From positions 89,959-153,958 of the forward strand of contig NMRA01000254.1 of the NCBI GenBank assembly GCA_002633005.1: DNA of 64,000 nt, written 5' to 3'. Each line of letters opens with the position of its first letter. Within the stretch, counting starts at the first letter, position 1. The notes under the pieces are model-generated. The model saw nothing but the letters and a program-made list of their open reading frames with translations. It searched no databases and was not told the origin of the DNA. The position numbers and the translations under genes were made by a program. This document shows positions 28,101 through 43,100 of the stretch, in pieces. Origin of the DNA: Phoronis australis (taxonomy: Eukaryota > Animalia > Phoronida).

Positions 28101-31100
28101 AATTTGATTTGATTATATATATATATATTTGTTGCATCCAAGATCCTTGGCATAGCGTCTTCTCAAATCTTTGTAACGGTGCTTTGCATTCTCATTTTGC
28201 CTCCCATTATTGCCATCAAAAGAAGTGAATCACCGATCAGATCCTGTATTTTAGGTGCCTGTCAGAATGAGTTTTTGTTTTTTCATGCTTTATGCAATCC
28301 CAAAGTCGCGTCCTTCAGTTTCCTGTATCTTGTTTCATTTCACTAAACGTAGTGACTGACTTGTGTGCAAATGTCGTCTTGAGTACACATCTCTTCGCTA
28401 GATTGTAAGAATCAACTGTCATGTGTCTTGTCCATTGCGTGATTGTTAATATATCAAATATGACCTGCTTCAACTCCTCTCTGATAGGTGGGCGACACGG
28501 TCGATGGGCTGTTGGAAGAACTCCACCTTCTCAACGATCAGGTGGCGTGCGCCGAACCCATCGCTGCCAGCACAGAGGGGCTGCAGGAACAGTTGGCAGA
28601 GAATAAGGACTTGATCGATGACTTGGCCAGCCGGCAGGAAGCTATTGCTGAGGTCAGGGACGCTGCAGATAGACTGCGGGAAACATTGCAAGAGGATGAC
28701 AAGATTGATGGTAAGGGTAAAGTTGTGTCTTGGGTTTGTGTTATGGGAGCCAGGTTATGGTGGAGATCTAAGATTAGTTTTAGGCTATAGATTCAAGGTT
28801 TAGAGTTATACAAGTGGCTCAGGCTTTGGGGTAGGGTTATTGGAGAGGGGTCATGACTTTAAATTTGGGCTCGGATGATAGTTCTTGCCTAGGGTCTGTT
28901 TCATAGACTAGAGAAGATTTGATGAAGGCCCGTATATATTGGGCCATCAGAAGTTGATTGGCTTTACAAATAATAAAGGGTACACTCGCACACTGCCACA
29001 TAAATGCATGCCTGTGCAGGGCGTTAAAATAGGAAACTAGAAAATCGGGGTGGTGTTGCGCTGAGCACGGGCGTTTATAAGTGAAAATTTTGAAATTTCA
29101 GATGTAGGTGTTAAGGCGAACATGGCCATTAACCCGGCAATAGTATGATTACTTGTTGTAGGGATGTGAAAATCCCTTGATAAACAAAATGTTTCAGTTC
29201 TCTTTATTGAAGTAATTGTTACCAAGTCAGTAATTGCGTGAAGAATTTGCAAAAAGAGGAGATTCTGTACGAGACACAATGTTGTTTTCCATCAGTTGAA
29301 GACTTGATGGGAAAGGTGGAAGAACTCGAACGTCTGAATCAGTCTATCAGTGAGGCGACCAAAGAACGGGGTGATGCTATCACCACGGCGCTCGAGGCGG
29401 CGCAGCGGTTCTGGACCATATACAATGACCTGATGGCGGCGCTGCATGACGTGGGTGATAACTTGTCATCCCTCGACCAGCCGCACGTCGAGAGTGATGG
29501 AGTCAAAAAGCAACAACAGGAGCTCAAGGTAGGTCGAACCTGGGACAAGGCTGTAAAGTCAGTTATATGCAGCCATTACTCATGTATGATGAAGCAGCCA
29601 TTCTGAAGTAGCCTAGTTTTATATGTTCATTTGTGCTCAAACATAGCAGAAACCACTCACTTTCCTTTAGTATCCTCCATAGTTGGTAAAATTTTCACCT
29701 CCACAGCTTTTCCCGTCTAACGTTAGACTTTGAAACAATTTGAGTCAAGACATTATACTGGCTCCCTCTGTTGCTGCTTTCCTCAGCAGCTCAGATCAGT
29801 CACAAACATACAAACTCGTTGTACTTGACTGTTTTAACCTGCACTGTACACTTTTATTCTGTACAATCATACACTTTTTAATTTTAAATTCTAAATAGCA
29901 TTAATTTGTCTCCATGGTGACGCCTTATGTGATTGAAGAAACATGTTGCCTCACCAAATTGTGCGTACTCCATGCCTGGTGGTTCTTTTTCTTCCGGTAT
30001 CTGGCCAGTCCATGAGCAGAATTTGATTCGTTCATCCAGGCTTGAGCAAAGGATTGTTCACTCCAGTGTGAAATAAGATAACATACACCCTCGCTGTTTC
30101 CTATTTTTTTGTTTGTATTGTGCAGGAAATAAAACGCTGTAGTGGCACTGGCCATTTGTGTTGCCTATATCATATCAAGCTTAAAAACTTGCATGACCAA
30201 CTGTCTTGAGAATGCAGAGCTTGATATTGGCGTCCTGCAGATTTTTTGGGCGAGTTGCTAAAAATATCTGGTGGCTATGAACTTGCCAGACACACATCTG
30301 GGCCCATTGGGTTTCCTTCTTTTGGCACATTAATTTGGCGAGTTGTCTTTGTGCTAAGTCTTGAGACCGGGAACGATTATTGTTTGTAAAGATACTGAAA
30401 CGACTGTTGCAGGAAATACAAGATGAGTTCCAACAACTGACGCCACAAGTAGAGAAGTGCGAAGAAGCAGGCCGCACATTGGCCGCGGTGTGTGGTGAGC
30501 CTGGCCAGGTTGAGATCGACAAACACATGGAAGATATCAGCTCAGCGCGGGAGGAGATTGAAGATGGGTTGAAGGAACGGCAGCAGGATCTGGACGAAGC
30601 CCTGGAGAGGGCGCAGCGGTTTGAGGAAACGATGAAGGTATGCGTTGTTCTTATGTGATGTGGGGGGAATGCAATGATTAGTTGAAACAGTGTTGTCTCA
30701 GTTCATGTGTCTTTCGTTATTTTGTGATGTACTTAACTTACATCATATAGCAAGTTTAATTTGAAAACTGGTCGGAACAATGTTTATTTTAAAATTGGTT
30801 GGAACATAAGTTCTAATTGGAGTATACGTTTTTGTTGTCTTTGTAATTCTCCAGCAAATAATGAAAAATCATTCTTTTCGCGTGCTGAAAAGGTTTCCAA
30901 AAATTTGGATATATTTCTGTGATTTTGAGAGAAATGAAACTAGAGCACTAGATCAATGACAAATGTAAGTTTTGAAATAATCTGTCCCCAATTAATAGGC
31001 TGATGTACTGTTGTCTGTAATTGCAGGGCATCATGTCGTGGCTACCTAGACAAGAGGAGAAGCTGTCCCAGCTGAGTACCCCAGCCACCAACACACGCGC

Positions 31101-34100
31101 CCTCAGGATCCAGATTGAGGAAGCCAAGGTGTTGCGCCTGCAGGTGCACCCCAAGTGTGTTGAGGTAGAGTCCCTCAACCAGCAGGCGAATGAGTTGAGG
31201 AACCTGTCACCAGTGGGTGCTGAGGGACTGGCTGCACAGACGGACGAGGTCACAGACAGATGGAACAAACTGATCAAGGGCATCGCTGACCGAGAGGTGA
31301 GGGGACCTTGTTGAGTGATTATAATTTTGGTAACTTTTTTTGACCTCTTCTTAATCTCTTGGTTATGTGAAGCAAATTCTCTAACATGCATTTTGAATGT
31401 TTGTTCAAGAAGTCATTAATAGTCAAGAAGTCATTATAATAGTCAAGAAGTCATTATTATAGAAACTGGATTACATTTCACTCTGCCTTGTACATTCAAA
31501 TGTCCAACATAGGGAAGTAATTGACAAAGACAACAGTTAATCTTCGATAATATGTATGAAATTTCTTCCTTTCAGCATCAACTGCAGAAGAACCTAGTAC
31601 GGTTGGGAGAGTTAGACCACGCTCTGGACGACACCATAGGTCTGCTGCAACAGCTGGAACAGGACTTGTCAGAAATGGACAGTATCTACGGTGACCCAAG
31701 ATTCATCGAAACTCATCTGAAGAAAATCAAGGTAGAATTCTCAATTCTTTGGATTCTAACAATAAGTTTTAAAATTTCGTATGCATATCGTTTGTACAAA
31801 GATCGAGTTGTCCAAGGTTTTGAAAATAACTAAACCTGTTATTTGAGTTTATTCATTGTTCATTCCACACACTGTTTCTCGTTTGTGGCTAAAATTGATA
31901 TTTGTTACTTTGTGAAATTTGTGGTTGAATATACGACTGTTGTTATTGAGTTTGTTTGACTTTTTGATTTTATTTTTCATGTTTCTTTGCTAACTGGTGA
32001 CATTTTTGCTGAACTGTTATTTAAGCCTATGTTTTTGGGCAGTAGTCATTTTCACGGGTCCCGTTTTTTGAGAACCAGTTCGATGCTTTTTATTTAGTAG
32101 AGAAAACTGGTTCTCAAAATGCCGGACGCGTGTAAGTGACTATCACACATTTTTGCAGCGACTGTTCTCAAGGTTGGAAATGTTGAGTTGTGATTGTCAT
32201 AAAATGTAAGACTGATTAAAGCTTTGGCAGGCCAGGATTTTTTTTGTCGCCACATGGTTTTGCCAAAAATTTAATGATGAGAAACTTTTATGCCGTGTTA
32301 TTCCTTTAGCTGATGCAGCAAGATCTGCTTAACTACTCACCCATTGTCAAGTCGCTCAATGATGCCGTCACTGACATGATTAGTGCCGAGGGTGACCATA
32401 ACAGGATGGTGTCGCCACTGTTGGAGAAGCAAGATGAACTCAACACGCTCTGGGCATCTGTAGACATACTTGCCAGAGATCGGAAGAATGGCTTGGAGGA
32501 CCAGCTGAGACAGGTATAACCATGGAATATAATATTATGCAAACTTGGAGTGTGTATTCAAATTGCAATGAATGTCTAATAGATTGTACAAAATATTGGT
32601 TTAATCATTTGTCAAAGTTTTCGGGTTATCACATTGTGTTTCAATTGGTTTTGTTTGCTTAAATTTTATTTTGTCGCAGTTGTGTAGTTTGAAGATCTAC
32701 CAAATTCACTAGAAAAAGCTCTATTTAAATATCCATAATCTTTCGCAGACATCGAGCAATATTGAAGCGCCGTTGTCACTACTTCGTCGTTCAAAAATCC
32801 TATCACTATTAATTTGGCTCATTTCTTATCCTGGATATGAATTTTTAAATGCTTGCTTCTCTCCTTTCTTGGCAATTGCAATTGCTGTTGTAATATCCTT
32901 GTTTTCTCATCTGAAAGCATAATATATAACAATGACCCTATGGCATGGTATTTATTCGTAGCAGTTTGCAGCTTACGCATCAGTGAAATTTACTGCTCTT
33001 CATCCTAAACACAAACATTACTAAAATTGTTGTACCTTTAAAAACTACTTTGTCATGTAGCTAACCGTGCTTGTTGATGTCTTGCAGGCTAAGGCATTCA
33101 TGGGGGAGGTGGAAGATCTCATCTACTGGTTCGGTGACTTCAGGAATAAGCTCAAGTCTGCTCAGCCCCTCGGTGCTCTACCAGAAACTGCCAACAAACA
33201 GTTTGGACGGTTCATGGTAGGCCATATTTCTCTTACGTTGATTATTCATGATTTAGTTGTCAGCCATAGCCTTGTTTTTCATGTTTTTGTGCTGCCATTA
33301 ACCCATTAGCACTGAAGTGACAAATGTGATACTGTAAATAGATAAAGGTCTTTGTTCATTTGGCTGTGGAACATCGAATGAAGGTTGAGTCCTATTGGAG
33401 TTACTTGGTAGTCACCAGCGAGTGTGACTTATGCTTGGAAAGTTTCCGTTGAAATGCACTGAAATGTCAAAGAAAGTTCAATAAAGATAAATGGTTTAGG
33501 ATCAGCTTTGTGATACAGTATCAGTTTGTCATTGCAGTGTTTAAGCCGATGGTGATGGTTAGTTTTAATGATATATCCAGTAAGGTTATGTAGGTTCCTA
33601 GAAAAATGTCCAAATTTTGCTGATTTCGGAACTTCGTATCTCAGTAATGGCAGTTACGTTCCATACGAAACTTTCAAAATACCGTGGTGCTTCATGCTTT
33701 GTTCTTCAAACCTCTGTTGGTAATTGTTTTTAAAATGTCCCACTTTGCATGAGTGGTTATTAATAATAAGACTTGTATGATTTTCACAAAAAAACATTGT
33801 CACATAATATGAAAATGAAGTGATATTTCAGACATTTGTCTGGAATTTTGAGACGTCAACTTAAACATTTAACCTTATTAAAGAACATATGACCGCGTTA
33901 TTGATTTCACTGTTTTGCCATCTTTCTTTTTTGGTAAATTTTACTAAAACGTGGTCATGGTACCCAGTTAATGACGAATTGGTAAACTGCCAAAAACCAA
34001 ATTCTACAGGCTTTCTACTTTCAAAAATGTATACCTTTACTTAGTTATGGTTTTGCAGATTCTTGGCTAAATGCACAGGTCCTACATAAGTTTACTTTAG

Positions 34101-37100
34101 TTGTCCTATTAGGGCTCATTTTATCCGTGGTTGGACGTCCGGTTGTAGTCGAAGTACATGTTGAGCATTGTTTTGGTTTTGTGACAGTTTTGCTCTGTTT
34201 CATAAAATGGCCAGAGCCGAATGTTTCGATTTAATTGAACAATTTTCTCTGATTACTTTGTCGTGGCAATGGAGTTCATAGGTTTTTTTCTTTGATTAAA
34301 AAACTGAGTCATTCTTATGATATCTTACTATGAAATTGGTAATTTTTGGTCCACCAAAGCAGCGCTCAATATAACTGTAAGGTGGTTGGAGGTACATGAG
34401 TGAACGTGACACGTGCCTTTTCTTAGAAAGAAATCTACATTGTAACTAATGTTAATTCGACCATAATTTATGGTCACACTAACCATCTTCTTCAACCACA
34501 TTCAATTAACACGTAAGTTGCCAATAAAAATCTCCGATGCGACAATCTTCGCTATGACTGGGCGTATTCCACCTTTGAAAAAATGGGCCCCAAATGACAC
34601 TGTAACCTATTATTTAGTTTTGTGATGCATGTAAGTTTGTGGTTTAGTTTAATCCACGTTTTCATCCGTTACCCACTTTTCCTGCCCCACTAACCAGGGT
34701 TTATAATGCATGCGTAACAGTTGGGCATGTTTTGCAGTTTACTTAGAGTTAAAGAATAATCCTTGGCAGCTATTTTGCCAAGAATAGAGCGGATATTCAT
34801 CTAGTCGTTTGCATAGATTGTGTAGATTTGATATTTGCTTGGGAATCCTTCTACAGCCTAAACTAACCAACATTTTCTATTGCTTTCAACCTGCCTCTAA
34901 CCTCTAATTTGCTCTGTTTTATCTTAAGAGGTGTGAAAATGTGGAGGTGAGTTTCTTTATGTGGCAAACGCACACAACACCAGTCCTCGCCAGCACTTTG
35001 TCCTTCATTTCCTGCTTATGATAGATTGCTGAGTCAGCATTCATCCTGCAACTCTGCAAACAAGGCTATTTTAGATCCCCTGTTGTATTGTGGCGGTCAA
35101 CGCGTCGACTCTTTTCCAAATTTTTTTGGAGCAAAGTCAGCTTGTTTGAAGCTTATTATGATTGTATGAAGGTATGATACATGCCTTTTACTAAGGAGAC
35201 AATTAGCATTACAAAGATGTTCTGATGTTTCTGCGATAACTGTTAAGGCCTGTTCGCACTAAGCGATTTGTCTGCACTCCATAGTTGCAGTTGTGTTTCA
35301 GAGAAATTGGTTTGTGGGCTTTGAAATTGCACAGATTGATCAGTGACAAGTCTGCAATTACATCAGGATGTCCACACTTGATAACGAACTGTCGTTTGAC
35401 GATTTCGTTGCAAGCAAATATATTTGTGAAGAGGACTTCAGGGTTTTGATCAAGCAGTTATCCGTTAATTTAATTGTCATTAATATATGACATTTTTCTA
35501 TCATGAATATATCTTATTTCACCAGCTCCAGATCTCGTCATCTTCAAACGTCAGTTATGTTATACGAATTTCCCACCATTCCATGGCCTGAATGCACTGA
35601 ACACCATTGACTCTATACTATTCATAGAGGATTAGGTGGGGAAGCAAACTTGGATTGTTGGTTGAAACATCAGAGCATCAAGAATGCAAAATGTTTTTCA
35701 CTGTGTAACATATCTTCATACCTCCACACCAGAGACCACCAGACTGGACTCAAAAATTGGCCAATCACATCCCGTCAAATTCAAACGTTTATTTGAACTG
35801 TGTCACGCCCTTCATGGGCAAGTTTAAAGTCTATAGTCTGTGGTAAAGGTTACTGATCTTAGCAACCATGAAAGGTTCATTCACTTATTACTTTTGAAGA
35901 TTCTTGTTGAAGTTCTAATGAGATAAATGAAGGCTGTATATAATTTAATATATATCAGTCTGTTAGATGAGGCCATGTTGACGGTGGGTTTAGACCAGCT
36001 GTGCACTTAGTCACATGACTGTAGTAATCACCACTCTTTGTTACGCATCTTCTCTTTAATTGCAAATTGACTTGCTGTCTCTCACACAGTCCACTGTTGT
36101 AGTAAACTGTCTGGGAAATATGTTGAACTCGTTCACTTCAGTGCTTGTCAGTTTATATGTTCAGTCGAGATATGCACTATATTTTGTCTCGTTTGCAAAC
36201 ACCGGCTTAAACAAAAGCCCGAGTGTATATTAGTTTTCGCAAAGAAGAATTCTACTGTCATCACATTCACTGTTGCTTTTGAGCGTTCCATTTTCCTAAC
36301 TCTCTACTCATGACTTGAAAGCAGATTTACATCTGATTTTTAGTCGAAGAAAAGTGTTATCACTTATTGCCACTAGATACAGTCATTCTTCTAGCAAATC
36401 CAGGAAAGACTTAAGCCTGCATTGATCAGTTTCACAAGTTTGAGCCAAGACTTACCTCTCTTTCCGATGTTGGTAAAATCGCACCAATTTAGGAGACATT
36501 GTACATCATAGCTACTGTCTGGCTTTGTTTTAAGTGGCTGTGGGCATTCATGACAAAATGGAGCCTTTGGAAATTAATGAAGGGTCAATAGTAAATGTTG
36601 GACAGTGGAGATTATTCTTCATCCAGATGAATAAATAGATGCAAAAATTATAAATCATGACTGCTGCTCTTTTGTTTAATGGTAAGTCCAACAGTCATGA
36701 ATTGTGCTGGTCTATTGTTTAGTAGTAAGTCCAACAGTCATGAATTGTATTTTTGTATCTTTTAGCAATAATTGTATTTGTCAGAAATTGGTGAGATTTT
36801 ACCGCAGCTGTGTTGAAAGAGTTTGGTAGGAAACTTGGGAAATTGATTGGATGGGAGGTCATTATGTAAAATTTATTGTCATCGTCATATTCACCATTAA
36901 CAATTCTATTATTTGTTAAAATATTTACCAGGAGGTTGTTGTAAACCAATGTGAAGTATTTCAACAATGTTCCTTAACTTTCAACTGCTGTTCTCTCTAG
37001 GATGGCTACAAGGCCTTACAGGGTAAGGAAGAAGAGGTCAAGACGCTCCTTTTGAACGGCGAGGATATGTTGGCACGGTGTCGCCCCCTGGACGCAATGC

Positions 37101-40100
37101 AGCTGCGAGAGAGCCTCGGCAAACTGCGTGCCAAGTGGCTGGATGCCCAGAAGAAGGCTGACAATAAGAAGGTAGCATATTATGTGTCGTGGCTTGGGGG
37201 AATCAATGAAGAATTGAATTATTCAGAAAATTAATTATTTTCTCTACAACTTGAAGGTATTTAGTTTTTGTTTTTTTCCAGAACAAAGAAGCTGACCATC
37301 AATAAGTTATCACATTCGCAGTGTGTGCTGTTTTATTTTTCGAAATATTGTAATTGTAAAACATTCTAGGCAGTTTTTCTATCTAGCTTCAAGAAACTCT
37401 AGTGCGATAAAGAGGAGATTACCCATAGTCCTCTTAGGGTTTTTTTCACCAGACAACGTGACTTGTCTATTCTGTGGTTAGCCGCTTATATTTAAATAAA
37501 TGTGAATTTTGTCGACTTGCAGAAAAAGCTAGAGGAACACCTGAGAAATGTGCTGTCCTTCCACGACTCGATGACCTCGTTCACAGAGTGGCTGGTGAAT
37601 GCGGAGAACATTCTGGCCACATTCCGTTACCCCAGCAAACTGGTGGACACGTGCGCAGCTCAGATTGAAGAACACCAGGTACATGGAAGGAAGTGTCCGT
37701 GAGGACCTCTGTTGGTGGCAACAGCAAGATTTTTCCTGGGGGATTTTAAAAAGTTATTTTGGAAATTATAATTAATGATGAAAGATGGTGGTAGCCCAGG
37801 TAGCACCAAAAGGGGAAACTTTATATCTCGGCATTTCTATGGCATAGATATGCCTTTGTTTCAGGGATGCTACAAAGATTTGACATATCTACCATTTTCA
37901 TGTGTTTACTTATATTACCTACAGTCATCACTTAGAAAATAAGATAAGAAATGTAATAAATAAAATTAATGCATCTTGCTGCTAATTTTGTGGTATGTAA
38001 TGGTTCCTAGCAACATCCGATAATTATTAACCTATTTAGAAGACAACATGTGAAATTGCTGTCAAATATCGCATCAAAAATATAAAGGAATTTTTAGTGT
38101 TCTGTCACATTAATTTTTTACAGTGTTGATGATACGAAACAATATTTTATGACGTTTCCTTTATTTATGAGAATATAACCAGCCTTTGAAAACTAGAAAA
38201 CTGACAATTTTTGCAGTTTTTGGGCAAATAAGTGAAAAATTTCCATTTTTTTCTGAAAAAGTGTTTCGGCATTTCAATGGTGTGAAAAAGTACGGTATAA
38301 TGTTAGTGTAATTGAACTCTTCACGTCACTTCTTGTAGAAATTTCGTAATGAAATCGAAAAGCATCAAGTTCGAATGGACAGCATCGACAAGACAGGAAC
38401 TTACTTGAAGTACTTTGGTCGCAAACAAGACACCATGTTCATTAAGAGTCAACTAGTCAGTATTAAGCTCAGATGGAAGAAGTTAGTTCGCAAAACTGAC
38501 GAAAGGGGGCGCACATTACAGCAGGCCCACAAAGAAGACAAGCGGGTGAGTTAAAGTATCGTCCACAGGTGGCAGTGCAGATGTTGCCATTCAAACTCTG
38601 GTACTTGTTGGAAAAATATTTGAATTTTTATCAGTAACAAAGTGATTGTTTCTTTGAATCAAATCAAGCAATTGGGTTTAAACGATTCTATTTTGCTCAG
38701 TTAGCTCAAACATGATAACTTGCTCTCGCTTCTCTCGAGTGGGATGAAGCTGTTAAAAAATGTTCCCATCTAAAATATACATCGTAATCTCTTACCCAAC
38801 CTTTTCTAATGTGATGCATTCGATTGAAGTATTCTGTTATGAAGGCTGGTGTACCTCAGATGTATGAAACGCCAATTGATGTAATCAAGTTTGGTTGGAC
38901 AGGTATGGATTAGCATAGTGGTCTTCATGTGTTGTATTGTCCCCCTATAGTTCTTCACATCGTGGAGAGGCCTCCTTGATTGGCTGGATGGAGCTGAGAA
39001 GAAGCTGAGCGCTCTATCGCAGAGCCAGGCGTCTCCTGCTAAAGTAAAGGAGTGCATGGAAGAAGTTAAGGTATACCTGTGATGGTTTTTTTTNGTGTCC
39101 GTGAGGACCTCTGTTGGTGGCAACAGCAAGATTTTTCCTGGGGGATTTTAAAAAGTTATTTTGGAAATTATAATTAATGATGAAAGATGGTGGTAGCCCA
39201 GGTAGCACCAAAAGGGGAAACTTTATATCTCGGCATTTCTATGGCATAGATATGCCTTTGTTTCAGGGATGCTACAAAGATTTGACATATCTACCATTTT
39301 CATGTGTTTACTTATATTACCTACAGTCATCATTTAGAAAATAAGATAAGAAATGTAATAAATAAAATTAATGCATCTTGCTGCTAATTTTGTGGTATGT
39401 AATGGTTCCTAGCAACATCCGATAATTATTAACCTATTTAGAAGACAACATGTGAAATTGTTGTCAAATATCGCATCAAAAATATAAAGGAATTTTTAGT
39501 GTTCTGTCACATTATTTTTTTACAGTGTTGATGATACGAAACAATATTTTATGACGTTTCCTTTATTTATGAGAATATAACCAGCCTTTGAAAACTAGAA
39601 AACTGACAATTTTTGCAATTTTTGGGCAAATAAGTGAAAAATTTCCATTTTTTTCTGAAAAAGTGTCTCGGCATTTCAATGGTGTGAAAAAGTACGGTAC
39701 AATGGTAGTGTAATTGAACTCTTCACGCCACTTTTTGTAGAAATTTCGTAATGAAATCGAAAAGCATCAAGTTCGAATGGACAGCATCGACAAGACAGGA
39801 ACTTACTTGAAGTACTTTGGTCGCAAACAAGACACCATGTTCATTAAGAGTCAACTAGTCAGTATTAAGCTCAGGTGGAAGAAGTTAGTTCGCAAAACCG
39901 ACGAAAGGGGGCGCACATTACAGCAGGCCCACAAAGAAGACAAGCGGGTGAGTTAAAGTATCGTCCACAGGTGGCAGTGCAGATGTTGCCATTCAAACTC
40001 TGGTACTTGTTGGAAAAATATTTGAATTTTTATCAGTAACACAGTGATTGTTTCTTTGAATCAAATCAAGCAGTTGGGTTTAAACGATTCTATTTTGCTC

Positions 40101-43100
40101 AGTTAGCTCAAACATGATAACTTGCTCTCGCTTCTCTCGAGTGGGATGAAGCTGTTAAAAAATGTTCATATCTAAAATATACATTGTAATCTCTTACCCA
40201 ACCTTTTCTAATGTGATACATTCTATTGAAGTATTCTGTTATGAAGGCTGGTGTACCTCAGATGTATGAAACGCCAATTGATGTAATCAAGTTTGGTTGG
40301 ACAGGTATGGATTAGCATAGTGGTCTTCATGTGTTGTATTGTCCCCCTATAGTTCTTCACATCGTGGAGAGGCCTCCTTGATTGGTTGGATGGAGCTGAG
40401 AAGAAGCTGAGCGCTCTATCGCAGAGCCAGGCGTCTCCTGCTAAAGTAAAGGACTGCATGGAAGAAGTTAAGGTATACCTGTGATGGTTTTTTTTTTCAA
40501 TTTATTCACAGTCATAGTGAATTTGTAAGCTATATGTAGACATTACACACTGTTTAACAGGGTTCAATACAGTAATCCTAATTTCTTGCGAGATCCGTAA
40601 GATCGTGTTCTTCCCAACAAAACAGATTTTTCATTGCTTCCTAATAATGATTTATGGTCGCGTACTAAGAAGCATGTTGTTGATTCAGATGAAGTTTAGT
40701 GGAAAGCCATCGTGCGATTCTGTGCGACCAGACATTGCCTTGCTACATACTGGTCTGCTTTCTGTATACGCAACATGCTCACAAGAAATGATAGCATGTT
40801 CACATGCTTTGCTTTTAATGTATCTCTCAAAGATTCGCATTTCCATGAGTTTCTTGTGTCTACGGAACCCAGCCCAGTTCTTAATCGTTGGTGATTAATG
40901 TTTGGAACGGAACCCCCATAAGAGCACCAGATATTTTAGGAGCAAAGTATGCTGCTCGAGCAGCCATACTGCAGCTAGGTCAAGTGTCAGCAAGCCTGTT
41001 TCATTTCACATGTGATGTATTCATGCATAGCTGGGTCATCTTTTTTATGTCCTTCCCTCATTTGGGCTTACAGGAAAACCATTTTTCTGTATTTTAAATA
41101 ATCATAAAATATCGCGGTAAAGTAACTAACGTTTTTTCAATTGTCTCAGCTGTTACTGTAATAGCAATCAAACTTGCAGACATGGTTTGTGTAGAACATT
41201 TATGACAAAGCGACATTTGCTGCTGGACCTTGAGCATTTTTATTCAGTAATCATTTGCTTTGAAATTTTGAGAAATGATTTTTTGTCCCAAATTGAAGAA
41301 CTTTTACTGAGTAGATATTGAATTGCTTATTTACTGTTTCATAAGGTCTTGCCAATACATGCAAACCGCACTGAGCGCGAGGTACTTTTAGTTTTGTCTC
41401 TGACTACGACTCCTTCGTCATTTGTGCTCTGTGTTTATTGAAGACTAACACTGGAGCCAGGCAAAGAAGCAAAATGTTTTTGATTATGCTCTTCTATGCA
41501 TCTTTCAGCTGGAGCCTAGTCATGAAATTTGCCCATTTTGAAGAGTTGGTTGTCGTTTTGATTATGTCTCCAGTTTTAGGCTTATCTCCCATGTACCCCT
41601 GTCATGAGTATTATCTCCCTTGTACGTCTGTCATAAGTATTATTCAGCTATTGTGTATAGTCTTGTGCCCCTTATTGATGACTTTGTTTCATATGATGTC
41701 ACACTTAGATTATTCAGTTGTCTTCATGAACCAATCATCATCAGGCGTTAAATTTACTGCGTTGACCAGATCGGGTTACAGTAAAAATTCTCCAATTTGT
41801 GACAGTTTCTAGAATTTGAGACATGGAAACTCTTACAAAAATTAATTTTGTTAATTCTGGAATTTAGGACAAGGGTGATTTGGCATTCATCATATCTCTC
41901 AAATTTCGGACAGTATGTTTTCAAGCTACAGAGGGGGTAATTTTGCCAGCTTCCTGGTGATTATTGAATTTGGGATGACCAATATTGCCTATTTCTAGAG
42001 TTTGTGAATAGCTCCAGTCTTGTGCAAAAAATAAAATTTCACTGTCCCAAACTGGGATTTTATTTACCCAATGTATAGCCTACCAATCATGTCGATTGTA
42101 AATACAGGGTGATCCAAAAAACCAATGCCACAGAATTTGAATTCTAACCACTTGGAAGGACCAGAAATTTCAGTGCAAACTGACATGCTTGTCAAAACTT
42201 TATGGAAAGGTTAAGCCTAAACTGAGGTCTACGTCTATTAAATTTGAAAACATAAATTGATTCATAAAGAAATGAAATTTTAATGGGTTTGTTTTTGGTC
42301 ACCATGTATTTTTACACTGAACCTCATGAAACCTTAACAGAGTGTTTTCTAATGTGACTTAATGATTAATCTCAGTTAATGTTAATCCCACCTGTTGCCA
42401 CCTGAGTCACCGAGTCATCTGTCACACGCACTACACACAATGTGCTGAGATAACCAGCCATTATCTCAGTTTGTACCCTGCTGTCATAACCTGGTCAAGA
42501 GCAGTCTTACTACTCTGATGCTGATTGGTCCATTTGTTCTGCATGCTGTTTGATTGGTCGGATGGAGGATCAGGTTGTTAACTTCACTCCTTAACTTTGC
42601 ACTAAGTGTGTCTCTGTGTGTGCATGCTGATTAATGCTTCATGTGCTTCCGCTTGTTTTTTCGTTGTCTTGCTTGGCTCTTTAGCTAGACAACGCTGATC
42701 ATAACCAGATTTGCCAACAATAGCTGCCTATCAGCCCAATGGATTGTTAGTGACTTAACAACCATCATTATCTCATTCAGGTTTGATTAGTTTACAATAA
42801 GTACCGTTAATACACATATCTAGTTCTGCTTCTGTTGCATAATTTGGAATTAGCAATAACCTGCTGATGTTTATAATTGCAATGCTATTAGTGGTATTTT
42901 AAGAAGACATGTAGTCAAATAAATGACGGAAACCCAAATTTCCTTACTTATCCCTGGGTGAAGGCAAAATTCGCGTTCCCTCGAATGTTTGGTTGCGGTC
43001 ACTAGATGTGGAGTTGGGTGATGTTGGTGTTGGTTGCCCCCTCTTTTGGCAGCTCTGGCTGTTAGCTCTACTCAAACTGCACTAGGCTGTCTGCGTACAC

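Larger units (their letters stand above)
37693..40495. repeat. 1402-bp tandem duplication joined at a single N (likely haplotype assembly artefact)
   Basis: 37693-39093 is repeated at 39095-40495 with scattered substitutions; N at 39094. Confidence 0.9.

Noticed and set aside
28775-28880. Interstitial telomeric repeat
   Set aside because: Only degenerate tag/ggtt motifs, with no run of TTAGGG.
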